Assembly (NCBI GenBank): GCA_963767475.1
Contig: CAVYEI010000002.1
Span: forward strand, 456,851 to 520,850
DNA from: an uncultured Solirubrobacterales bacterium
GTDB taxonomy: Bacteria > Actinomycetota > Thermoleophilia > Solirubrobacterales > 70-9
DNA: 64,000 bases
Direction: 5' to 3'
This document shows positions 57,259 to 64,000 of the stretch, piece by piece. The position numbers and the translations under genes are program-made. Numbering within the stretch: the first letter of the stretch is position 1; every line of letters starts with the position of its first letter. Under the pieces are notes generated by a model. That model saw only the letters and a program-made list of their open reading frames with translations, was not told the DNA's origin and did not search any database.

Positions 57259-57534
57259 TCAGGCGCGGAGAGTCCGCAGCGCGAACGCAGCACTCCGGTT
57301 GGTGTGGACCAGACGCTTTGCCTCGCGGATGCACGCGCCCCGGATTCGCGGTGCCTTGGTGCCCTCGCCGTACGCCTCCGGCAACTGCTTGGCCATCATC
57401 TGGGCGACCAGGGCTCGGCCTTCCTCGCCCAGGTTGAAGACTGCGTTCAGGGCGGCGCCCGGCCTCAACGTGGCGCGCTCAGCCAGGTCCATCAGGTGCT
57501 CGAAGGAGTCGGTCAGGTTGGTGGTCGTGGACAT
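57259..57534 (-). CDS. Hypothetical protein (91 aa)
   Basis: SD GGAAGGAA. Helical composition. No motif recognised. Confidence 0.4.
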   Translation of the reverse strand: MSTTTNLTDSFEHLMDLAERATLRPGAALNAVFNLGEEGRALVAQMMAKQLPEAYGEGTKAPRIRGACIREAKRLVHTNRSAAFALRTLRA

Positions 57535-57642
57535 GAGGGGGTGGTTCCTTCCGTGACGGGCCGCTCATTGCTGAACGGTTGAGAAGATGTTCTCTTCGTT
57601 CGCTGTTACCGGTGGATCGACGATCGGGTCCGCCAGGGGGCC

Positions 57643-58710
57643 TCACATCACCACGAGGGCCTTGATCAGCGAAGCCTCACGCGGTTGCCACGCCATCGCG
57701 TGGAACGCGTCGTTGATCTCGTCGAGGCCGTAGTGGTGAGTTAGCACCGGTCCGAAGTCGAAGCGAGGAGACGCAAGGATCGTGAGTGCGGTCTCGGTCG
57801 CTCGGACGAGGTAGGACAGGTCTCGGCCCGAGCATTCGACGAGCTCGATCCCGCTGCGCGCGGCCTCCGAGATGGTCTGCCTCGGGGCGTCGACGCCCCA
57901 TCGATAGCCGACCTTGGCGACCTTCCCGCCTGGTATGGCGGCGCTGCCCTTTCGCGTGACCTGGAGCGCAAGCGGAACGCCTTGCGGCGGGCCCCAGGTG
58001 TCGAACGTGACGTCCGCGCCGTCAGGGCCCAGGAGGTCGTGCACGGCATCGATCGCCTCCTTGGCGATGTTGACCACGCGGGTAGCACCGAGTCCCTCGG
58101 CGACCGTGAGCGGATGGTCCCGGCGCCCGATGACGATGACCTCGCTTGCGCCGATAGAACAGGCGGCCGTCAGCATCTGCGCCACACCCCCAGTGCCGAG
58201 GATGACGACCTTCTGGCCCTTGACCTGGCCAACGTCGTCGAGGAGGTGGATCGCGAACCCGAGCTGATGTGCGAGCAGCGGGTAAGCGACCGAGGGACCG
58301 ACTTTGACGCAGCGCGTCGCCGGGACGATGACCTCCTCCCCGAAACCCGACAACGGACGCTCTTGCAGCGGGATCACAAGGTCGCCGGGCCTCACGTGGT
58401 TCACGCCCCAACCGACTCGCCTTACCCGACCCACGGCCTCGCCGCCGATCGAAGGTGCTGCGGACGTGCCCCGGTAGACGGCCTTCCAGAACTGGTCGTT
58501 CAAGAAGAACTGCGACTCGAGACCGTTGACGCCGCAGGCGTTGATCTGGACGCGGACCTCCTCGTAGCCCAGGTCGCGAGGCGGCTCGTGCCGGAAACCT
58601 ATGTCGTGATAAGCGTCGAGCTCTGCGAACTTCGTCAATTCGATCGCCTTCTTAGATGGATGGGACCCGCGTCCGGGGTGCTGTCGGGGCACCGCGGACG
58701 CAGCGGTCAC
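57643..58710 (-). CDS. Medium-chain dehydrogenase/reductase (MDR) family oxidoreductase
   Basis: GroES-like N-terminal region EEVRVQINACGVNG, which lacks the second Zn ligand pattern. Rossmann motif VVILGTGGVAQ. Confidence 0.7.
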   Translation of the reverse strand: MTAASAVPRQHPGRGSHPSKKAIELTKFAELDAYHDIGFRHEPPRDLGYEEVRVQINACGVNGLESQFFLNDQFWKAVYRGTSAAPSIGGEAVGRVRRVGWGVNHVRPGDLVIPLQERPLSGFGEEVIVPATRCVKVGPSVAYPLLAHQLGFAIHLLDDVGQVKGQKVVILGTGGVAQMLTAACSIGASEVIVIGRRDHPLTVAEGLGATRVVNIAKEAIDAVHDLLGPDGADVTFDTWGPPQGVPLALQVTRKGSAAIPGGKVAKVGYRWGVDAPRQTISEAARSGIELVECSGRDLSYLVRATETALTILASPRFDFGPVLTHHYGLDEINDAFHAMAWQPREASLIKALVVM

Positions 58711-58825
58711 TGCGTGTTCCGACTCAGCTCAGCCGCCGAGGCAGGGTGGCTGCTCGCCCTCGTTGAGGACGCCAACCTGGCGATACCGCTCGCCGATGAT
58801 TCCTTCTGATCCTTAGGCGACATGA

Positions 58826-59338
58826 CTAGTAGATGGGCCGGAGCGCGACCACGCGCAAGACGAGACCGGTGTCGGTTAGCCCGCACTCGACGTCCATCTG
58901 GACCTTGCCGCCGCTGTCGGCGCTCAGCACCAGCGCGGCGACATTCTTGCGGGGGTCGTCGGAACCGTCGTACTTGGCCTCCGACAGCCATGGATACGCG
59001 GGGCAGATGGATCGGATGTCCGTCGGACGGTCGTCGCACCGCAACGCAATCCGCACGAGCGCCACCACGTCGTCGTCCGCCATCAGCAGGCGCCTGACCC
59101 AATCCTCGGGCGGTTCGTCGTCCTCGCTTTGGTCGTCGGCAAACTCGACCCGGACCCGGTCTCCCCGCAACGCGCGGTTGATCGAGGCGCGGGGGCCCAT
59201 CGCGCTCTTGCCGACGACCACCATGGCGAGAACCAACCCGAGCACCACTATGAGGGTCGGATCGCTCGCGATCGCCTCGAGCAGAGTGCCACCCACCAAG
59301 AAGGCGGCGATGAGACCGAAGACGACGTAGCCGATCAC
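58826..59338 (-). CDS. Hypothetical membrane protein (2 TM helices plus acidic soluble domain), orphan-operon gene 5
   Basis: GTG start in a GTGA overlap with the upstream stop. VIGYVVFGLIAAFLVGG and LIVVLGLVLAMVVVG helices, then EFADDQSEDDEPPEDW. Confidence 0.5.
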   Translation of the reverse strand: MIGYVVFGLIAAFLVGGTLLEAIASDPTLIVVLGLVLAMVVVGKSAMGPRASINRALRGDRVRVEFADDQSEDDEPPEDWVRRLLMADDDVVALVRIALRCDDRPTDIRSICPAYPWLSEAKYDGSDDPRKNVAALVLSADSGGKVQMDVECGLTDTGLVLRVVALRPIY

Positions 59339-60081
59339 GACTGCTCCTTTCCGCCCAGGATGTCGGTCGCTTCGCCCAGCCAGAAGCGGCGTACGTAAGG
59401 GCCCCAGTCCGGGCTCACCCTCCACTCCAGTGAGTACGTCTGCCACCGGGACTGGCTGGTGACGATCAACGACGGCCCGTCGCTCTCGCTGCCGGGGCGC
59501 CACTCGAAGCGTCGGTCCCCGAACGTGCCGGCACCCTGCGCTCCGAGCTCGCCAGCCTGCCAGCCGCGCCCGATCGCGTCCCACTGCCGCATGCTCTCGG
59601 CCGCGTTGTAGTGGATGCTGCACGTGTTGGCGCGCATGGCCTCCTCCACTGGGGTCGTGGACATGAGCAGGCCGCCCGCCAGGACCAACTCCTCCGTGTC
59701 GTCCTCGCGTTCTGTCGCGTGCCATCGGCCAGCACTGACGGCGTAGACGTACGGCTTGCCGGCCGTGCTCAGCCGGAGCTCCACCGAGTACGCGCGCGGC
59801 GCGGTGTAGTAGGACGGGCGCTGGACCCAGAGCCGCATGCTGCCCGCGCTCGTTCCGGGTCGCCAGGCGAACGCCGAGACCGTCGCCAGTTCAGTGGCGG
59901 CCCGGAAACCGGTGGCGCCGTAGGCGCCCCCAACCCAGAGGCGGTTGACCTCGGCCGCGATCGTGCGAGCGTCGCCCCTCGGGAACTGAAGGTTCAGCTC
60001 TTCCACCAGCGCGGCTTTCGCACTCGCTCGCCAGCAGAGTCCCTCGAACGCGATCAGGGTCTCGGTACGGGAATCAGTCAT
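59335..60081 (-). CDS. Hypothetical protein, paralog of 60551..61324 (orphan-operon gene 4)
   Basis: SD GAAGGAGA before the ATG at 60081. Segments shared with the paralog: FAWRPG..MRLWVQRP vs FAWTPG..LRLYVQAP, and SLEWRVSPDWGPYVRRFW vs SLEWALSPRWGAFVRSFW. Confidence 0.6.
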   Translation of the reverse strand: MTDSRTETLIAFEGLCWRASAKAALVEELNLQFPRGDARTIAAEVNRLWVGGAYGATGFRAATELATVSAFAWRPGTSAGSMRLWVQRPSYYTAPRAYSVELRLSTAGKPYVYAVSAGRWHATEREDDTEELVLAGGLLMSTTPVEEAMRANTCSIHYNAAESMRQWDAIGRGWQAGELGAQGAGTFGDRRFEWRPGSESDGPSLIVTSQSRWQTYSLEWRVSPDWGPYVRRFWLGEATDILGGKEQS

Positions 60082-60125
60082 GGGGTGTCTCCTTCGCGAA
60101 GGCTTGGACATGGCTAGGGATGGGC

Positions 60126-60455
60126 TCACGCCGGCCGGCGCGGGAACAGGTTGCGCTCGCGGAGGTGCTGCTCGGCCTCGAGCTGGAGCTCGAAGCCGGG
60201 GCGCCCGGCCTTCCCGGTCCAGGTGTGGAGGACCTTGACCTTGTCCTCGTCGAGGCCCCAGGGGTGAAGCTCCGAGACGGTGAAGGTGGCCTGGTCGGTC
60301 CCGGCGTCGACCTTTTCCTCGATCAGGAACCGACGCATGGGCTCGAGGATTCCGAAGGTGATGAACTGGCCGTCGGACCGCGGGGTGACGATGGTGGTCA
60401 TGTACTCGATGTGCTGGCGCGCGGGGCGACCGAACAGCATCGGGGTGTCGTTCAT
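60126..60455 (-). CDS. Hypothetical protein (109 aa), orphan-operon gene 3
   Basis: SD AGGAGG before the ATG at 60455. No motif recognised. Confidence 0.5.
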   Translation of the reverse strand: MNDTPMLFGRPARQHIEYMTTIVTPRSDGQFITFGILEPMRRFLIEEKVDAGTDQATFTVSELHPWGLDEDKVKVLHTWTGKAGRPGFELQLEAEQHLRERNLFPRRPA

Positions 60456-60550
60456 CTTCAACCTCCTGGTTGGTGTCGGAACGTCTGCTTGGAGACGGGT
60501 GAGGTGGCGAGGACTACTCGGCTACTCGATCTCGGATCGGATGGATGGGC

Positions 60551-61324
60551 TCAGAACCAGCGGCCGCCGGTCACCTTGTTGACCCAGGCCCGCCAGCCGC
60601 TCAGGTTGGGGTCGGGGCGGTCGTCAGCGTCGCCAGTCCAGAAGCTGCGAACGAAAGCGCCCCAGCGCGGGCTCAGGGCCCACTCCAGCGAGAAGGCCCG
60701 TTCGCCGCTGCGGTGGCGCGCCACCGTGGTCGTGATCACGGTGCGCTCGTATGGGTCCGGGCCTTCGCTCCAGCGGATCTCGCGGTCGCCGATCAGCCCC
60801 GAGCCGTTGGGCGAGTAGTTGCCCTCGAACCATTCCTTGGCGGTGAAGGCGGCGGCGCCGAAGGTCCCGGTCGCGTCCTCGAGCGCGCAGCCGAGCTCCT
60901 TGTCCATCTGCTGCTCGACCGACTCCAAGCACTGGAGCTTGTCGACGATGATCAGCTCGCCTCGGTCTTGGGGGTGGCCTGTGTCGCGGCGCCCGCCGAT
61001 GCCGAAGCGGTGGGCGCAGGGCCACTCGTCGCCCGGCGTGATCCAGAACTCGATCCAGTAGATGCGCGGAGTCTCGACGCTGTCGCGCGGGGCCTGGACG
61101 TAGAGGCGAAGCTCCTGGGGGTCGGCGCCGGGGGTCCAGGCAAAGGCGTCGAACGTGGCGGCCTTCTCGAAGCCGGGCTTTGCGACCAGACCTCGCTGGA
61201 GCAGGCTCTGGACCTGAGCGAGGGCGCTGTTGGCCTGCAGCTCGGGGTGGGCGAGCGCGGCTTGCATCTCCTGCTTGACGGACGGTTGGCACGGAAGTTT
61301 TCCGAGGCGGACCGAAGAGGACAT
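60551..61324 (-). CDS. Hypothetical protein, paralog of 59335..60081 (orphan-operon gene 2)
   Basis: SD AGGAAGG before the ATG at 61324. See the paralog evidence above. Confidence 0.6.
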   Translation of the reverse strand: MSSSVRLGKLPCQPSVKQEMQAALAHPELQANSALAQVQSLLQRGLVAKPGFEKAATFDAFAWTPGADPQELRLYVQAPRDSVETPRIYWIEFWITPGDEWPCAHRFGIGGRRDTGHPQDRGELIIVDKLQCLESVEQQMDKELGCALEDATGTFGAAAFTAKEWFEGNYSPNGSGLIGDREIRWSEGPDPYERTVITTTVARHRSGERAFSLEWALSPRWGAFVRSFWTGDADDRPDPNLSGWRAWVNKVTGGRWF

Positions 61325-61399
61325 TGGCAATTGCCTTCCTGGATGGATCGCCGCCCCGGCGGGGTGGCGATCGGGTGCGATGTATGCGAGGGAGAACGG

Positions 61400-62182
61400 C
61401 TACGGCTCGAAAGCAGCGGTCATCGGACCGGGAGTGAAGCCCTCGATGAGCAGATCTGGTCCCATCGTGATCTCGGCGCTCGATCCGGGCATCGCGGAAC
61501 GGCGGGCCTCGATCACCTCGAGCACGCGCTTAGCGATCGTCCTGAGCGAGCCGGCGCGGCGACCGAGACCCTTCATGAGCGGGGCGGCGATCGCGGGGTC
61601 GAAAGCTCCGAGCTCTGCCGCGAGGAGGTTCTGGGCGTGTCCGAACTCCCGGTTGCACTCGTGGCAGAACTCGACCGGGATGCCCCCGAACCTCCCTCGG
61701 TACTCGGACCGCCGCTGCTCGCAGACAGCACAAGGAGGCATCGGCGGCCTGGTCACGTTCGGGTCCGGAGCAAAGCGGGCGCCATCGCTGGCGAACCAGC
61801 CATAGCGCTGGTCGTAGTAGTGGTACCAGAAGTTCACCAGGACGTCCGGAATCCAGAAGCGGCCACCGAGCCGGTACCAGCGGGTGGGGATGTCTCGCGG
61901 CGAAAGGAGGCTGTGCTCGGTGGTGGCGGTGGTCAGCTCGACGCCGGACGTGAGGGGGTTGCCATCGGCGTCCTCGATGATGCGGGGGCAGTCGCCCTCG
62001 TCGTATGAGGTGAAGCCGGCGGCCTCGAGGAGGTCACGCTCCGCCTCGGCGGCGATCCGAACGGCGGGCTCCCCATCCGGCCAGTTGAGTGCCGCGACTT
62101 CGTACTGGGCGGTCAGACAGGTCTTTACCAGGGTGGGGTCCAAGGGCGGCACGGTGACGATCACATCGTTGCGGTCGGACAT
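61400..62182 (-). CDS. Hypothetical protein with CxxC...CxxC zinc-ribbon-like motif (orphan-operon gene 1)
   Basis: SD GGAGGA before the ATG at 62182. PPCAVCEQRRSEYRGRFGGIPVEFCHECNREF. The ORF track extends this frame up to 62575 (see findings). Confidence 0.55.
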   Translation of the reverse strand: MSDRNDVIVTVPPLDPTLVKTCLTAQYEVAALNWPDGEPAVRIAAEAERDLLEAAGFTSYDEGDCPRIIEDADGNPLTSGVELTTATTEHSLLSPRDIPTRWYRLGGRFWIPDVLVNFWYHYYDQRYGWFASDGARFAPDPNVTRPPMPPCAVCEQRRSEYRGRFGGIPVEFCHECNREFGHAQNLLAAELGAFDPAIAAPLMKGLGRRAGSLRTIAKRVLEVIEARRSAMPGSSAEITMGPDLLIEGFTPGPMTAAFEP

Positions 62183-62275
62183 GGATCCTCCAATGCGAAG
62201 AGGGCGCGAAGCAAAAAAGGGGGCGGGTACGGCGAAGGCCGAAGGCGCCAACAGCGCCCTGGTCCGCATCAGCGC

Positions 62276-62300
62276 AGGCGAGGGCCTCGCAGGCCCCCGC
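62276..62300 (-). other. GC-rich hairpin (attenuator/terminator-like) between the small ORF and gene 1
   Basis: Minus strand GGCGGGGGCCT-GCG-AGGCCCTCGCC. A second stem (GGCGC-TGTTG-GCGCC) and the run CCCCCTTTTTTGC follow. Confidence 0.45.
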
Positions 62301-62374
62301 CTACTCCGAGAATGGGTGCAAGGTCGAACAGTCCGCCGTCGATCGACCGCGACTGTCCGAGGGGGTTGAGATGT

Positions 62375-62575
62375 CACCGAGGCGATGCCGTCGGGCATGG
62401 CCATGGAGGTGGTTGCCAGGGCGCTCTCCAGGGCGGGCCAGTGGGGAGTTGGGGTGAGGGTGTAGATGGTGGTGGTGGTGGTGATGGTCTTGGAGGAGGC
62501 CTTGCGCACGATGCCGCTAAGGCTGGTGGACATAGGTCGGGGGCTCAAGGCCTTGGTCGACATGCTGGAAACCAT
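62375..62575 (-). CDS. Thr-rich small ORF (MVSSMSTKALSPRPMSTSLSGIVRKASSKTITTTTTIYTLTPTPHWPALESALATTSMAMPDGIASV...), 3' end unresolved
   Basis: SD AGGAGGA lies 5 nt before the ATG. GC3 is about 90% over these 67 codons and then collapses. There is no in-frame stop before gene 1. Confidence 0.45.
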
Positions 62576-62719
62576 ATGTGTCCTCCTACCTACTCAAAAG
62601 CGCCAATCCAACGGGATCGCCAGCGGGTCCGCGAAGCGGAGCCTGGTGACTGGTGATCTATGTAGTTGGTGGACCGTGGCGGCCCGGAAAGCGCATGTAT
62701 AAGGGAAAGAAGTGCCTAC

Positions 62720-62747
62720 ATTGTACCCCGCTGAAGGCCTGGATCAA
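62720..62747 (-). promoter_or_regulatory. Near-consensus promoter TTGATC-16 nt-TACAAT (minus strand)
   Basis: Reverse complement of 62742-62747 is TTGATC and of 62720-62725 is TACAAT. Lies ~140 nt upstream of the small-ORF ATG. Confidence 0.55.
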
Positions 62748-62818
62748 TGCCTTTTTCGGCCTGTTTGCAGGGTTTTTCGCCGATTCGACGCCTTCAGCGA
62801 AGCTTCGCCGAAGGCCGC

Positions 62819-62839
62819 ATCTGGCTCTATGAGCCAGAT
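62819..62839. promoter_or_regulatory. Perfect 9-3-9 inverted repeat ATCTGGCTC-TAT-GAGCCAGAT
   Basis: Located ~75 nt upstream of the -35 box of the orphan-operon promoter. Either an operator candidate or an RNA hairpin. Confidence 0.35.
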
Positions 62840-63360
62840 CCCGGCGATTTGGGGTAGAGGGCTTCGTCGATGCACTAACGAAGCGGAAAGGGGCTTCCTG
62901 ACGCATTCGACGCAGCCCAGGCGGGTCTACCGAAGACCGGTCGCGACATAACGAAGGGCGCCCTGGAAGCCCGGCTTGTGACGAGCGGCGACGAAGCTCA
63001 TGGCGAAAAGGCGTCTCGGCCGCAGCTGAAAAGCCGCTGCCTCAACGTGCCAATGGCCCGAAGGGCCGGGCCCTTCCCCCGGCCCGGGCCGAGCTTCTCC
63101 GTGACTCCACGTGACGGACGCCCGGAACGGTTAGGGGCCTGGCGTCGGCAAGTTCCCGGCGTCGAGCCCGGGGCAATCCGGTCGGCCCTTGGAGGACAGG
63201 TCAGGGCCGTCTCTGCGGGCCTTGGTCGGTTGCTTCGCAGGCCCGTCGCAGCTTCCGATCCGTCCCGGCCGCTCGTCACACGTGTGGCCCTTGCCTGGGT
63301 GCTGGACTGCAGCGACGGCGCCGCGGACCCGTGGTCGGCGAACTCAGCCCGACGTACAAG

Positions 63361-63501
63361 ATGATGGATCTGTCCGACGTCAGTGGTCTCGCCCTCGTTG
63401 CCTACACCGCCGAGGCGGGCTCAACGTCTGCCGAGGCCCTCGACCTCCTCGGGAGCTGGACCGCGACGATCGACGTGGCCGAGGCGGCAGAGCGAGCCTA
63501 A
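63361..63501 (+). CDS. Possible small ORF or C-terminal gene remnant (46 aa, MMDLSDVSGLALVAYTAEAGSTSAEALDLLGSWTATIDVAEAAERA)
   Basis: High GC3 but no SD. The frame stays open upstream without a convincing start. Confidence 0.25.
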   Translation: MMDLSDVSGLALVAYTAEAGSTSAEALDLLGSWTATIDVAEAAERA

Positions 63502-63679
63502 GCGCGCGGCTCTCCGGATCGCTGTCGCATTCACGCGACCCCGACAGCGGTGCCGTGTCGGACCGTGCCGCATCGGCAACTAGGATGCCTCCCGCCGCTC
63601 GCCGCAAACGAGGTGTAAGCCGAGGGCAGCATCACAGGCACCTGTACCTGTCCACCTGATGAACAACGGAGGCGTCGAT

Positions 63680-64000
63680 ATGCCATCTGAGACGAGTCCC
63701 ACCAACAGCGGGCGAGCCCATGTGGACGCTGCGCGTGAGTTTTTCGAGCTCCTGAACCAAAAGGACGTCGATGCGTGGGGCGAGTTGTGGCACGAACAGG
63801 GGAGGATCATCGTGCCGTACCCAGCGGAGGGGTTTCCTGACTTGATCGAGGGCAAGGACGAGATCGTCGGCGGCTTTCAGGCCCTATTTGCCAATTTCGA
63901 CACGTTCGAGACCGAACTGACTGGGGTGTATCCGGCGGCGGACTCGGACGCCGTGTGCGTGGAGTACCGGGTCCACGCAACCCTGGTCGGCGGCACCGTG
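63680..64000 (+). CDS. SnoaL-like / NTF2-fold protein (3' end beyond window)
   Basis: SD GGAGG 7 nt upstream. AAREFFELLNQKDVDAWGELWHEQG is the typical SnoaL/NTF2-like N-terminus. Confidence 0.6.
   Translation, partial: MPSETSPTNSGRAHVDAAREFFELLNQKDVDAWGELWHEQGRIIVPYPAEGFPDLIEGKDEIVGGFQALFANFDTFETELTGVYPAADSDAVCVEYRVHATLVGGTV

Noticed and set aside
61400-62575. The single 391-aa ORF as listed in the ORF track.
   Set aside because: An internal SD plus ATG at 62182, a collapse of GC3 and two hairpins plus a T-run between 62183 and 62370 argue for two separate units. The alternative of one long protein is kept open in the findings.

Overview
High-GC (about 68-70%) actinobacterial-type chromosomal segment with GGAGG-type ribosome-binding sites and many 4-nt ATGA/GTGA stop-start overlaps. 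I found no rRNA, tRNA, CRISPR array, transposase or integrase. From left to right the window contains the following. (1) A TetR fragment, an ArsR regulator and a VOC enzyme. (2) A 2-kb tandem repeat array (1952-3923) carrying three near-identical promoter / 46-codon membrane-peptide / terminator cassettes, directly upstream of a CPBP (CAAX/Abi) intramembrane protease. (3) Regulators (two LysR, three ArsR-type paralogs with a long N-terminal domain, one LAL/LuxR), a STAS protein and secreted proteins. (4) A leucine-dehydrogenase plus branched-chain 2-oxoacid dehydrogenase E1a/E1b/E2 operon. (5) acs followed by two translationally coupled small ORFs. (6) A tightly overlapped nine-gene minus-strand operon: Glu/Leu-DH-like, HisD-like, TauT/NitT-type ABC transporter, hutU, a ligand-less HutI paralog, an RCK channel and IclR. 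(7) A hutH-def-hutF-hutI-DMFase-like operon with no canonical hutG. (8) A roughly 16-kb glycan / sugar-nucleotide cluster: a second HisD-like gene, SDR, PRTase-like, nucleotidyltransferase, cupin, ThDP enzyme, a duplicated GT2-GT4 module, UDP-glucose dehydrogenase and a HisC-like aminotransferase. (9) An orphan minus-strand operon (58826-62747) of proteins I cannot assign to any family. It is driven by a near-consensus promoter and opens with a Thr-rich small ORF. A structured, lower-GC non-coding stretch lies next to it. The best candidates for undescribed biology are the peptide/CPBP array, the orphan operon and the def paralog inside the hut operon. All functional calls rest on motifs read by eye. 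No database search was possible.
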